DNA of 64,000 bases from Edaphocola sp. (GCA_037190225.1 JBBCJL010000001.1:317035-381034), one strand, 5' to 3'; counted from the first letter of the stretch, positions 55,274-64,000 are shown. Translations and numbers: made by a program. The notes: generated from the letters alone by a model not told the origin.

Positions 55274-55786
55274 ATGCGTCACGGAGACAAAGTAAACAAT
55301 TTAGGACGTACGGCTTCTCACAGAAGAGCCTTAATGTCAAACCTGGCCTGCTCTTTGATCGAGCACAAAAGGATCATCACTACTACTGCTAAAGCAAAAG
55401 CCTTACGTACGTATATCGAGCCTTTAATTACCAAATCCAAAACTGATGATACCGCCAACCGTCGTGTGGTATTCTCCAAATTACAGTCTAAAGAAGCGGT
55501 AAAGGAATTATTCGGTGCTGTCAGCGTAAAAGTAGGCAGCCGTCCTGGTGGTTACACGCGTATTATCAAGCTGAATCCCCGTATGGGTGACGCTGCTGAA
55601 ATGGCTATGATCGAGCTGGTTGATTTCAATGAGCTCTATTCCGGTAAAACGGCCAAGCCTGAAGCTGCCAAGAAAACCCGTCGCGGACGCAAGCCTGCTA
55701 CTGCAAAGAAAGCGGAAACTGCTGAGGAAACTCCGGCAGCTGAAGCTAACGATGCAGCTGAAGCTGCAACAGAAGATAATGCATAG
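55274..55786 (+). CDS. rplQ: 50S ribosomal protein L17 with an Ala/Lys/Glu-rich C-terminal extension
   Basis: The L17 core runs from [25 protein letters not shown] to [10 protein letters not shown] ~45-aa low-complexity tail follows. Confidence 0.9.
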   Translation: MRHGDKVNNLGRTASHRRALMSNLACSLIEHKRIITTTAKAKALRTYIEPLITKSKTDDTANRRVVFSKLQSKEAVKELFGAVSVKVGSRPGGYTRIIKLNPRMGDAAEMAMIELVDFNELYSGKTAKPEAAKKTRRGRKPATAKKAETAEETPAAEANDAAEAATEDNA

Positions 55787-55804
55787 TATTAATGTATATC
55801 ATAC

Positions 55805-55834
55805 AAAAAAGCCCGGTACATACCGGGCTTTTTT
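55805..55834. terminator. Bidirectional terminator (rplQ / HD-domain gene)
   Basis: The sequence is aaaaaagcccggta-ca-taccgggctttttt. Confidence 0.8.
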
Positions 55835-55867
55835 GTGTATATGCTTTTGACGGGGGCATTGGTATGG

Positions 55868-56488
55868 TCAGCCCTGCAGGTATGCCAGCTCTCTTGCTAT
55901 ATTGTCCCGTGCCTGGAACTCCAGCCTGCTGTAAAAATAGCCGGTCTTGAAGATCCTGCGCATCGCAAGAAAATGCTCCAGCACTTTTTTCAGGCCGGGA
56001 ATATATATATGGTCCGGGTAACAATCATATTCCAGCCGTACCGCCTTGTAATATTGCTCATAGACCTCCGGGTCCTGTCCCAGTACTGACAGGTCCGCAT
56101 CCGTAAAATAATCGGTATCGCTGTCTGCTGAGGGGGAATGCGCGGCGGTAGCTGCTATTTGCGCAGCACAACGCTGTATGGCCGTTGCCGGTACGCCCAG
56201 CCGCTCCAGCCGTTCGGAAGCGATCAGCGCGCTTTGTGCTTCGTTATCCTGCCGTAGCGGATCATAGACGATATCGTGGTAATACATGGAGAACAACAGC
56301 GTATCCCAGTCCCTGACCGCTGTTCTTACCTGGAGCAGCTGCTCCAGCAGCTGCCGCAGGTGTTGCAGGTTATGATAATGCCGCTGCGGGGCCGTGTACT
56401 GCAGCGTGATCTCTTCCCAGTAAGGACCGGCCAGCTCCTGGTGACCCGGGTAGCTGCCGAGCAACCGTATGAATGTTTCCTGTAGCAT
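55868..56488 (-). CDS. Predicted HD-superfamily metal-dependent phosphohydrolase
   Basis: The segments RHYHNLQHL and YYHDIVYD are consistent with an H...HD metal site in a small all-helical protein. Confidence 0.5.
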   Translation of the reverse strand: MLQETFIRLLGSYPGHQELAGPYWEEITLQYTAPQRHYHNLQHLRQLLEQLLQVRTAVRDWDTLLFSMYYHDIVYDPLRQDNEAQSALIASERLERLGVPATAIQRCAAQIAATAAHSPSADSDTDYFTDADLSVLGQDPEVYEQYYKAVRLEYDCYPDHIYIPGLKKVLEHFLAMRRIFKTGYFYSRLEFQARDNIARELAYLQG

Positions 56489-56723
56489 TGCTGTGTCTTT
56501 AATGTATCCGCTATCAATAGCGTGGGGCCAACCCGGACGGCAGCATAAAGATAATGATTTTGCAGGCCATTATGCTGCTTAACCGGGACAGGCTACTGCC
56601 GGATGAGGGTATCCCGGAAGCACGGATGGCCTCAAAAATTCTCCATAATGGGTAATTAATTGCCCACGATAGCTTATTGCTAATGTATAAAGCACTGATT
56701 AGTAAACCGGCAAAAAAGTTGCA

Positions 56724-56731
56724 TAGTTTTG
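56724..56731 (+). promoter_or_regulatory. Candidate -7 box (TAgtTTTG) for the N/Q-rich protein gene
   Basis: TAGTTTTG lies 43 nt upstream of the ATG at 56775. Confidence 0.35.
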
Positions 56732-56774
56732 GCATAGGTAATAGTATTACTTAAACAAATAAAACCACAATACT

Positions 56775-57485
56775 ATGGCAACGAACACACGCAGAGGGTA
56801 TAATAACCGCCCTAACAATCAGAACAACTGGAGAAACAACGATCATAGCCGCAATGAGGGTTACAACCACCGTAATGACTTCCGCTCTTACGAGGATGAA
56901 GATTATGATGATGATTTCAACAACAGGGATAACTATCACTCCGGCTACCAGAGCAGGGGCAACTACAATGACCAGTACGATACCTATAATGACAGGTATG
57001 AGGACGAGTACACGGACGATTTTGACAGGGAAGACAATTACACCGGCCAGGATCATTACCGCCAGCAGCAATACGGACGTAACCAGTATGGCAACGGCGG
57101 ACGTTCCAGCAACCAGCATGAGGGCGGATATGGCAACCGCAATATGAGAGAGAATTATAACAGCGGTAACAATGAGCACCAGAACTACAGAAGCAACCAG
57201 CAACGTTCCGGTAACGCTTACCGCCGCAACAACCAGCAGGGCCAGGGTGGTTATGGTCAAGGCGGCTACAACCAGGGAAACTATAACCAGGGCTACAACC
57301 AGCAAGGTCAGGGCGGATACAACCAGGGCCAGGGTGGTTATAATGAAGGTGGCTACAACCAGGGCGGATCTAACCGCGGCGGCTACAACCAGAACCAGAA
57401 CAGGAATAGTTCCCAATACAATAACCAGGACAATTTCCGCGGCAACCGTACACGTGGCGGTTATGGCAGCAGGTACGATCAGTAA
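56775..57485 (+). CDS. Low-complexity N/Q/G/Y/R/D-rich, probably intrinsically disordered protein
   Basis: The 236-aa protein has no hydrophobic core. It carries degenerate repeats of the type GGYNQG / NYNQGYNQQGQGGYNQGQGGYNEGGYNQGGSNRGGYNQNQN. An ATG start follows a promoter-like box, and the gene is co-oriented with the downstream stress-type genes. Confidence 0.6.
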   Translation: MATNTRRGYNNRPNNQNNWRNNDHSRNEGYNHRNDFRSYEDEDYDDDFNNRDNYHSGYQSRGNYNDQYDTYNDRYEDEYTDDFDREDNYTGQDHYRQQQYGRNQYGNGGRSSNQHEGGYGNRNMRENYNSGNNEHQNYRSNQQRSGNAYRRNNQQGQGGYGQGGYNQGNYNQGYNQQGQGGYNQGQGGYNEGGYNQGGSNRGGYNQNQNRNSSQYNNQDNFRGNRTRGGYGSRYDQ

Positions 57486-57536
57486 TCAATGATAATGTAA
57501 CCTGATTTGTTTTATAACCTTTAATCAACTATTGTT

Positions 57537-58145
57537 ATGGCAAACGAAACCAGTTCCGTAAAAAACAACAATAATAATATGCAGGCGCAGGCGGAAGAAG
57601 CCGGTAAGCAATCCGGCGGTTCCCGCGATACCGCACCTTTAAAGAAATTCTTCCTGGATGCTTTAAAGGATACGCTATGGGCTGAAAAAGCGCTTGTAAC
57701 CGGCTTGCAGAAGCTGCAGAAAGTAGCGGCCAGTGAAGAGCTGGCAGACGCTTTCGAAACGCATGAGCTGCAGACCAATAAACATATTTCCCGCCTGGAA
57801 AAGGTCTTTGATATGCTGGGCGAAAAAGCAGAAGCCAAAAAGTGCAAAGCTATGGAAGGGCTTCTTAAGGAAGCGGATGAGATAGTGGAAGCTACTCCTG
57901 AATATTCTGCTACCCGGGATGCGGCCATTATCATCGCGGCTCAGAAAGTAGAGCATTATGAGATCGCCAGCTACGGCGGACTTGTAGCTATTGCTCATAC
58001 GCTGGGCTATGAAAGGGCGGCGCATCTGCTGGAGAAAACCCTCCGGGAAGAAGAAGAAACCGACTACATGCTTACTGAAGTGGCGGAATGTCATATTAAC
58101 TTTGAAGCAGTACAGGAAGATGCTGAGGAGAAAGTGACAGCCTGA
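57537..58145 (+). CDS. Ferritin-like DUF892 (YciE/YciF-family) protein
   Basis: The conserved pattern is LKDTLWAEKALVTGLQKL...THELQTNKHISRLEKVF...KCKAMEGLLKEADE...AQKVEHYEIASYGGL...EEEETDYMLT. Confidence 0.8.
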   Translation: MANETSSVKNNNNNMQAQAEEAGKQSGGSRDTAPLKKFFLDALKDTLWAEKALVTGLQKLQKVAASEELADAFETHELQTNKHISRLEKVFDMLGEKAEAKKCKAMEGLLKEADEIVEATPEYSATRDAAIIIAAQKVEHYEIASYGGLVAIAHTLGYERAAHLLEKTLREEEETDYMLTEVAECHINFEAVQEDAEEKVTA

Positions 58146-58252
58146 CCCTATATATAAAATCAGCAATGATGGAAATACCATTGTATATATCAGAATAAAT
58201 ACAAACTGTTTGTATGCATGGATCTGTTTTTGTAATGTCGGCCTGAATAACG

Positions 58253-58280
58253 GGGTTCCTTCCGGAACCCTGTTTTTTTT
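58253..58280 (+). terminator. Terminator after the DUF892 gene
   Basis: The stem gggttcc / ggaaccc is followed by tgtttttttt. Confidence 0.55.
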
Positions 58281-58526
58281 ATTTTCCGTGCTGTGTGGGT
58301 ACAGAGGCATGCTACTCTGCCAAGCCTGGGGAAAGTCCTTACACATTTTACTCAACCTGTGGATATTATACAACAGGTCGTATAGCGGATTTATTTTTGA
58401 ATATTTTACTTTTATTATTTGTAAATAATTGATTTTTATAATTTTATTTTTAATTTTTCCGTATTATAATTTTTTTATACTTATTTGGTGTGCAGATTGC
58501 ACTATATAAATTAAAAACGGCTACTT

Positions 58527-58907
58527 ATGAATCAGAATCAAGAAAACAGGAATCAGCATCAGGATCAGGATGATATGATGCCTTCGGAAATGAGAACATT
58601 GAGCGAAGTGCTTGACAAATTGAAAGGAAAGGGGTATGATAATGAGCTGACCTTTTCCGATCATGGCAAGATGCAGGGCATGAATAAGATTTATAACCCT
58701 GAGGACCTGACGATCATCAAGACCTTCCGTTTTGAGGGTATGTCCGATCCCGCAGACAATGCCGCGTTATACCTGGTCAAGGACAAGGATGACGACATCG
58801 GTTATATTATGGATATCTACGGTAGCAACTCCGATCACGCAGGAGCTTCTTTTGATGAGTTTCTGAAAAAGATACCCGTTAAAGATATTGAGCATAACCA
58901 GATATAA
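58527..58907 (+). CDS. Small acidic cytoplasmic protein, unknown function
   Basis: The 126-aa ORF has coding-like composition and is preceded by a very AT-rich region. I recognised no motif. Confidence 0.5.
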   Translation: MNQNQENRNQHQDQDDMMPSEMRTLSEVLDKLKGKGYDNELTFSDHGKMQGMNKIYNPEDLTIIKTFRFEGMSDPADNAALYLVKDKDDDIGYIMDIYGSNSDHAGASFDEFLKKIPVKDIEHNQI

Positions 58908-59001
58908 GCTGTCTGCCTTGCTACAATAAATGTTGTTGACCTCTACAGGCCTGACCTGTACATGGGTTGCAGCCATTTTTAACCATTAAAACCCATTAAG
59001 T

Positions 59002-59292
59002 ATGAAAAGTTTATTAATTGCTTCGGCATTGATGGCGGCCTTTTGGGGAGCCAGCCGGGAAGATGCCGGGAATACGGACAGGGCTATACAGCTGGCGGAT
59101 GATCCGGTCGCTGTATCGCTGTCAGACCAGGACACGACCCGTCGCAACCGCCAGGATATGCGTAAAGATGAAGATAAGAACAGGAGAAAAAACAGTGAGC
59201 TGCGTCATGATACCGCCAGCCCGGTGCCACCGGTACATCCGCCGCCACCTATCCCGCCACCTGATACTATGCCCCGCCCGGGTATGAGATAA
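59002..59292 (+). CDS. Small secreted basic/Pro-rich protein
   Basis: A signal peptide (MKSLLIASALMAAFWGA) is followed by a charged region and the tail PVPPVHPPPPIPPPDTMPRPGMR. Confidence 0.45.
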   Translation: MKSLLIASALMAAFWGASREDAGNTDRAIQLADDPVAVSLSDQDTTRRNRQDMRKDEDKNRRKNSELRHDTASPVPPVHPPPPIPPPDTMPRPGMR

Positions 59293-59320
59293 TATATCCT
59301 TGCAGGATGTAGGAAAGTAA

Positions 59321-59364
59321 AAAATGCTGCCCGCTCAAAGAGCGGGCAGCATTTTCCGTTTTTT
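59321..59364 (+). terminator. Strong Rho-independent terminator
   Basis: The 16-bp perfect stem aaaatgctgcccgctc / gagcgggcagcatttt flanks the loop aaa and is followed by ccgtttttt. Confidence 0.8.
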
Positions 59365-59497
59365 AATTAAGTAAAGGTTGAAAGGTTCCTGATGCTGTAG
59401 CATTCCGCTGCTGGTATGCTTCACCGGTAAAATTTAACCGTCCGGGCACTGGGGTAACTGCGCTGCACAAGCAACCTCAAGAACGGCGCCGGATCAT

Positions 59498-60079
59498 TTA
59501 CACTTTATCGGGAGTGATCCGCTTGCCCAGCGCGGGCGGCTGGTAATGGGCCATCATATCCAGCAGGTCAGGGATGCTATCGCTGACCAGGAGCAGCTCA
59601 AGATATATTTCTTTAAGAAACCCTTTCTGCACCATAGTGCGGATCATAATAAGCAGCTCGTCATAGAACCCGTTAATATTCAATATCCCGATAGGCTTCC
59701 GGTGCAATCCCAGCTGTGCCCAGGTAAGCATTTCAAAAAATTCCTCCATAGTGCCGAAACCGCCGGGTAGGGTAATGACACCCTCTGAAAGCTCGTTCAT
59801 CTTCATTTTTCGCTGGTGCATGGTTTCCACAACGATCAGCTCGGAAAGGCCTGGGTGGGCTATTTCCGCTTCCAGGAGAAAGGCGGGAATGATGCCGGTT
59901 ACCCTGCCCTGGTGATCCAGGGCGCCGCTGGCCGCCGCACCCATTAAGCCGATCTGCGCACCGCCGTAGACCAGCGTTATGCTTTCAAGTGCCAGGGTCT
60001 TACCCAGCAGGTAGGCCTGCGCTTCAAACCGGGGATCATTACCGATGCCGGTGCCGCAGAATACTGTTACGCTTTTCAT
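59498..60079 (-). CDS. LOG-family protein (TIGR00730; nucleotide 5'-monophosphate nucleosidase type)
   Basis: The PGGxGTxxE motif (TLPGGFGTMEEFFE) and the Rossmann-like N-terminus (VTVFCGTGIGNDP) are present. Confidence 0.85.
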   Translation of the reverse strand: MKSVTVFCGTGIGNDPRFEAQAYLLGKTLALESITLVYGGAQIGLMGAAASGALDHQGRVTGIIPAFLLEAEIAHPGLSELIVVETMHQRKMKMNELSEGVITLPGGFGTMEEFFEMLTWAQLGLHRKPIGILNINGFYDELLIMIRTMVQKGFLKEIYLELLLVSDSIPDLLDMMAHYQPPALGKRITPDKV

Positions 60080-60261
60080 AAGAGTTATATATTATCAGGT
60101 TATAATGCACCGCTCCCGCGATCTGCAGCCGGCAGCAGCCATACAGGCGTATGACTGTTGCTAATCTGTGCTAAGTTAAATAAAAAAACTGGCAGCAGCA
60201 CTGCCGGCTTCCGGCAATAACCTGGAACCTTCCGCAGCGGTTGAGAAAAATAATAAAAAAG

Positions 60262-60282
60262 CAGCAGTAAAAAACTGCTGCC
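60262..60282 (-). terminator. Terminator of the TonB-dependent receptor operon
   Basis: The stem gcagcagt / actgctgc is followed on the minus strand by a T run (aaaaaa on the plus strand at 60256-60261). Confidence 0.6.
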
Positions 60283-60295
60283 TGTGAAGCGGAGA

Positions 60296-62572
60296 TTATT
60301 TTTTAGGGATGTTGTACCTGAACCCTATATAGATATTCCTGCCCATCGCCTGCCCCCAGATGAGAGAGGCGTCGAAATAGGGACTTGCGGTATTATCGCT
60401 CATAAGGATCATATGATGCTGCATATTCCCCAGGATATTTTCGACCCCGGCATATACTTCGAAAACATCTTCAATGAAGGACTTGCTGATCTGTGCATTC
60501 ATGACCGTAAAGGAAGGCGTAGCGGACGAAGCTATGAGCTTGCTGCCGTCCCTGGAATGCTCCGGCATCCGTTTAGGACCGAAGACCTGGAACGTATAGT
60601 CGAATTTCCAGCGGCTGCGGGTGGCATAGGCAAGGTTGATAAAGCCCCTGTGCCTGGAGATCAAAGGCTTGTCAAGGAGCGTATTCCCATAGGTAGTCTT
60701 TACATCATAATACCGGTAAGCAAGCCTTATATCCAGCCTGGGAATGATCTCATAATCTGCCTGTGCCTGGAAGCTGTGCGCGTAAGACCGTCCGTCCAGG
60801 TTGTAAAAGCTGACCTCTCGGGGATGCTCTATATCCACCACCACCTGGTTCTGGAAATGCGTGAAGTAATAATCAGTGGTGAAGGTACCTTCCCTGTAGC
60901 CTGTCTTGAACTTCCGGGTAAAGTTGATACCCATATTCCAGGCTATCTCGGGGTCCAGTCCGTACGGGTTGCTGCCCGGGGCGCTGTGGATGATGAATTG
61001 GCGGTTGCTGGCCATATAGGCGAAATTCTCCGCGAAAATATTGGCGGTGCGCTGCGCCCTGCCGATAGATGCCCTGATGGCGTTCTGGTCATTCGGAGCA
61101 TACCGCAGGTGGAGGCGTGGCGTCACGAAGGCGCCGTAGATATTATGGTAATCGCCTCTCAGCCCGGCCACCACATTGAACTTGCTGAGGTAATTATAAC
61201 TGTACTCGGCAAATGCGCCGGGCACGATCTCCTGCCGCTTATACTCACGTGAGGCGAAGCTTTCGCCGATATTATCGAAGATAAAGCTGGACCCGAACTT
61301 AAGCACGTGGTTGGTATTGCTGATAATGGTCTGGTAGATATAATTGGCGTAAAAGCTCTGCTGGTCTGCTGAATATTTCGTGCCGCTGTAAGCAGTGGCC
61401 TGCTTGTGGTACAGGCCGCTCAGCTGCAGACCCATGCTTTGCCATTTCTTGACCGGGTTCATATAGCCGATCTTGGCCCAGGCTTCCCCGCGCTGCACTT
61501 CCTGGTTGTAGAACCAGCTGAAGCGGGGTGTTTCCTGTGTGAAATGGTTGACCTCGCCGCCGCTGTTGGTCATATAAGTGCCTTTGATGCCTCCCTGTAT
61601 CTCTATATTTTTAGGGCTGAAATAAAACCAGCGGTTCCCGACCACAAAGGTCTCACCTTTAGGCTGGTCCAGGAAGCCGTCCGAATTCTGGTCCAGGTTC
61701 AGCCAGTTGCTCTTGCCATGCAGGAACAGGTTGGTGCTGAGCCTGTCATTTATTTCACCGCTGTAAACGATATTACCCTCTGAGCGTCCCTGGTGGCTTT
61801 GGTAGCCGTTCAGCATCCATTGCGGGGTTTTGGCGTCAAAGGGCTTGATCCATTCCACGTTGATCTGTCCTGCCGTTCCTTCAAAGCCGTTCACCACGCT
61901 GCCTGTACCTTTGGACAGCTGCATGCTCTCCACGAAAGTGCCGGGCGTAAAGGTCAGGCCGGTAATGGCTGCCAGTCCCCTGACATCAGGAATGTTCTCC
62001 CGGGTAAAAAGCGTATGGCTGCCTGTAAGGCCCAGCATCTGGATCTGCTTGTAGCCGCTGACGGCATCTGTGAAGCCTACATCCACGGATGGGGTGGTCT
62101 CGAAGCTTTCGGACAGGTTGCAGCAGGCGGCTTTCATCAGCTCCTTGCTGCCTATGACTTCCATCTTCTGGAAGCCGAGGGTGCTGATCTCCGTGCTGCC
62201 GGTCCGGGAAGTGTACCTGACGCCTTCCAGCATTTCCGCTTCCTGCAGGTAAACTGTATAAGGGGAGGTTGCATCGCCGGTATGGAGGTGCAGGGTATCG
62301 GTCCGGTAATGATCAGCCTCTACCAGTACATAGGATAATTGCCGGGGCACTTCCAGCCTGAACCAGCCCTTTTCATTGCTGAGGGCAGAGGTGGTGCCGT
62401 CAGCAGACCGTATGATGGCATTGGGTATATCGCTCAGGTCGCTCAACTTCATGATATTGCCCTCTATAAATACCGTTTCCGTATCCTGCGCAGATACAAT
62501 AAGGGAAGCGGTCATAGCGGCCGTCAGCAATGCGTTGCGTCGGAGCTTCTGTAAAAATAACGGGAAGGTCAT
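60296..62572 (-). CDS. TonB-dependent outer-membrane receptor with an N-terminal carboxypeptidase-regulatory-like domain
   Basis: A signal peptide is followed by a CarbopepD_reg-like segment (VFIEGNIMK...GWFRLEV) and a plug region. A long beta-barrel with Tyr/Gly-rich strands follows. Confidence 0.8.
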   Translation of the reverse strand: MTFPLFLQKLRRNALLTAAMTASLIVSAQDTETVFIEGNIMKLSDLSDIPNAIIRSADGTTSALSNEKGWFRLEVPRQLSYVLVEADHYRTDTLHLHTGDATSPYTVYLQEAEMLEGVRYTSRTGSTEISTLGFQKMEVIGSKELMKAACCNLSESFETTPSVDVGFTDAVSGYKQIQMLGLTGSHTLFTRENIPDVRGLAAITGLTFTPGTFVESMQLSKGTGSVVNGFEGTAGQINVEWIKPFDAKTPQWMLNGYQSHQGRSEGNIVYSGEINDRLSTNLFLHGKSNWLNLDQNSDGFLDQPKGETFVVGNRWFYFSPKNIEIQGGIKGTYMTNSGGEVNHFTQETPRFSWFYNQEVQRGEAWAKIGYMNPVKKWQSMGLQLSGLYHKQATAYSGTKYSADQQSFYANYIYQTIISNTNHVLKFGSSFIFDNIGESFASREYKRQEIVPGAFAEYSYNYLSKFNVVAGLRGDYHNIYGAFVTPRLHLRYAPNDQNAIRASIGRAQRTANIFAENFAYMASNRQFIIHSAPGSNPYGLDPEIAWNMGINFTRKFKTGYREGTFTTDYYFTHFQNQVVVDIEHPREVSFYNLDGRSYAHSFQAQADYEIIPRLDIRLAYRYYDVKTTYGNTLLDKPLISRHRGFINLAYATRSRWKFDYTFQVFGPKRMPEHSRDGSKLIASSATPSFTVMNAQISKSFIEDVFEVYAGVENILGNMQHHMILMSDNTASPYFDASLIWGQAMGRNIYIGFRYNIPKK

Positions 62573-62922
62573 TAGTGCTTATGCACCCCATCGTTATATG
62601 CGCAGCATTTAGGTAATTTTTTATATGCGGTAGTGTCGGCCTTTACGTCTCCTGCGTTATGGCCTTTATCTGCTACAGCTTTGGATATATCGGCTCTGGA
62701 AACTCTGGAAGGCTTATAGCTTACGGTCAGCAATCCTGTTTCCTTATCCCATTCAGCGTGCTTTACGCCATTGATATAAGCCGCGTTCTCAATCCTTTTC
62801 TTGCAGGAAGCGCAGACGCCGTCTACTTTAATGGTGGTGGTCTCTGTATCTTTTTTATCCTGTGCAACAGCGGCAGTAAAGGAAAGCAATAAGGCTACTG
62901 CCAGGGAAAGTATGTTTTTCAT
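62572..62922 (-). CDS. Secreted heavy-metal-associated (HMA) domain protein
   Basis: A signal peptide (MKNILSLAVALLLSFTAAVAQ) precedes an HMA fold with the CxxC motif (VDGVCASCKKRIENA). An extra C-terminal CC is present (LPKCCAYNDGVHKH). The stop overlaps the receptor start (TAATG). The start is set at the ATG at 62922. Confidence 0.75.
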   Translation of the reverse strand: MKNILSLAVALLLSFTAAVAQDKKDTETTTIKVDGVCASCKKRIENAAYINGVKHAEWDKETGLLTVSYKPSRVSRADISKAVADKGHNAGDVKADTTAYKKLPKCCAYNDGVHKH

Positions 62923-63038
62923 CTTGTTGAAAATTATATAATGTTTGAAAATGGTAAATTGGAATAGCATAGGCATGAAACCGTTATATAACAATATCAC
63001 GCTTGTGCAGGAACCTTTCCCGGGGAGGGTAAGGCCTG

Positions 63039-63470
63039 TCAGGCTACAGCAACATTATATAATTTCCAGGACTGGTGGAGGGTGTAAAGAGGTAGATACT
63101 GCCAGATCCCGGGTGGGGCGTTGGCGTACGGAAGCAGGAAATCGGCCCGGTCGGTCAGGGCCACTGCTGGTAATGTGAAATACGTTTTATCCGGCAGCAC
63201 TGCCGCCCAGCCCTGATCCTGCAGCTTAAAGCCGAAATAGGATAATTTATGGTCCTGCTTGATCTTCAGGGTGAGGGCATCGTCCTTACAGCAGGATTTC
63301 TTTGCTGTATGGCAGCTGTCCTGCCCGCCGCAGCAGGAAGCGGCATCCGGGGCTTCGAGTGAGATGCTCCAGGACGCGAGACGCTCTCCGCAGTAATGCA
63401 TCTGCACGATAGCGCCTGATGTTGCTATCGTGTACAGTGTCAATAATAATATGGAGAACAGCCTTTTCAC
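63039..63470 (-). CDS. Secreted Cys-rich protein (resembles what I recall as the HYC_CC_PP family)
   Basis: After a signal peptide come MHYCGERLASW, then CCGGQDSCHTAKKSCCKDD, and later NAPPGIW. It is the first gene of the HMA/TBDR operon. The family name comes from memory and is unverified. Confidence 0.45.
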   Translation of the reverse strand: MKRLFSILLLTLYTIATSGAIVQMHYCGERLASWSISLEAPDAASCCGGQDSCHTAKKSCCKDDALTLKIKQDHKLSYFGFKLQDQGWAAVLPDKTYFTLPAVALTDRADFLLPYANAPPGIWQYLPLYTLHQSWKLYNVAVA

Positions 63471-63714
63471 TGGTTACAAATATAATAGGAAAAATCAGAT
63501 ATACGGCCACGATCACCCTTTAAATACTTGTAAATAATCTGTACCACCCGCAATGAATTTATATTTTTATTTTTGTAAAGTGATATTTCAAGGGTCTACA
63601 GTTTGTTTTTTTATAAAAAAATATGGATTGTTTTACTTTTTTAAAGATTATTATGCAATTTTGTACCTGAATTGTATTTAAAACTATTTATTATTTTATA
63701 TTATAATATATTTT

Positions 63715-64000
63715 ATGTCCACATTACGCTTTGCATCTATTGAGGAGATCGATGCCCACAATGAACAAAAGAAAAATGGCTACGGCGGTAAAAAGATCAC
63801 GGATTTCTTTGCCGTGAATGTATTTACCGGCAGGATCATGCGCGAGTACCTGACCGATGAGGCCTATAAAAGCTGGCAGGTATCCGTAAAAGAAGGTAAG
63901 AAGATCGACCGTAAGATCGCAGAGCAGATAGCTTCCGGTATAAAGGCCTGGGCTATGGACAGGGGAGTGACCCATTTTTCTCACTGGTTTCAGCCGCTTA
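63715..64000 (+). CDS. glnN: Glutamine synthetase type III, N-terminal fragment (runs off the window; absent from the ORF track)
   Basis: My own translation from the ATG at 63715 gives MSTLRFASIEEIDAHNEQKKNGYGGKKITDFFAVNVFTGRIMREYLTDEAYKSWQVSVKEGKKIDRKIAEQIASGIKAWAMDRGVTHFSHWFQPL. The THFxHWFQPL segment is characteristic of the GSIII N-terminus. Confidence 0.7.
   Translation, partial: MSTLRFASIEEIDAHNEQKKNGYGGKKITDFFAVNVFTGRIMREYLTDEAYKSWQVSVKEGKKIDRKIAEQIASGIKAWAMDRGVTHFSHWFQPL

Noticed and set aside
56751-57416. 221-aa V/A/I/L/T-rich, membrane-looking ORF on the minus strand, plus two further plus-strand ORFs in other frames (56854-57147, 57172-57492)
   Set aside because: These are mirror-image and frame-shifted readings of the AAC/CAG/GGC/TAC-rich repeat DNA of the N/Q/G/Y-rich gene. 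The plus-strand frame has an ATG start, a TAnnTTTG box upstream, and the same orientation as its neighbours. The extreme composition of the alternative ORFs is what complementing that repeat would produce.
58146-58526. Very AT-rich 380-nt spacer with a 72-aa ORF (58210-58428), as a possible small gene or ncRNA
   Set aside because: The ORF translation is Cys/Phe/Leu-rich and overlaps the terminator of the upstream gene. I saw no conserved structure, so the region is more likely a promoter/UP-element region for the 58527 gene.
25854-59364. Whether the long perfect hairpins (25854-25896, 45417-45460, 59321-59355, 16466-16498) are copies of a REP/MITE-like repeat family
   Set aside because: Their stem sequences are unrelated to each other, and each sits at a gene end. 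They are better explained as individual terminators or 3' stabilisers. I could not test for genome-wide copies.
1-64000. Search for tRNA, rRNA, CRISPR arrays, transposases, integrases, phage or toxin-antitoxin/defence genes
   Set aside because: I saw no T-loop/acceptor-like tRNA signatures in the intergenic regions, no regularly spaced direct repeats, and no recombinase- or nuclease-like ORFs. The DUF853 HerA-like ATPase (45472-46992) is a stand-alone conserved housekeeping-type gene flanked by terminators and has no defence partners.

Overview
The window looks like a chromosomal segment of a Bacteroidota genome, possibly Chitinophagaceae-like. This placement is an inference from several signals: a T9SS C-terminal sorting domain, repeated TAnnTTTG -7 promoter boxes with a TTTG -33 box 19 nt upstream, no obvious Shine-Dalgarno sequences, TonB-dependent receptor/HMA and RND efflux modules, and a Bacteroidota-type ParC. 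Most of the window is housekeeping. It contains the 3' end of a Wzc-type tyrosine kinase, Lrp/AsnC, EamA, DPP-IV, parC, topA, an aminotransferase, a GT4 glycosyltransferase, two MFS pumps, and a TolC-MFP-RND operon followed by a LytS/LytTR two-component pair. It also contains sucD, sppA, ppa, a DUF853 ATPase, yebC, acpH, the infA-rpmJ-rpsM-rpsK-rpsD-rpoA-rplQ ribosomal cluster, a LOG protein, a metal-related TBDR operon, and the 5' end of a type III glutamine synthetase. I found no tRNA, rRNA, CRISPR array, transposase or integrase. The stand-out region is a ~12 kb minus-strand operon at 16521-28591 made only of uncharacterised genes. Its first gene encodes an 898-aa protein with the three nucleotide-binding motifs of the actin/Hsp70 (ASKHA) fold. 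Downstream, mostly with overlapping stop/start codons, lie a bitopic coiled-coil protein, a 1821-aa polytopic protein, and three small bitopic proteins. The C-terminus of the 1821-aa protein carries an ordered SxxK / SxN / KTG penicillin-binding-protein signature, and its membrane core resembles a SEDS (RodA/FtsW) polymerase. Two of the three small proteins are paralogues with a shared cytoplasmic N-domain. I interpret the operon as a candidate non-canonical cytoskeleton-coupled peptidoglycan synthesis or remodelling machine. The motifs are visible in the sequence, but the functional reading is inference. Secondary points of interest are an N/Q/G/Y-rich disordered protein next to a DUF892 ferritin-like gene, a Cys-rich/HMA/TonB-receptor operon, a MauE-thioredoxin fusion, a structured rpsD leader, and 21-bp-spaced direct repeats upstream of the LytS/LytTR pair.
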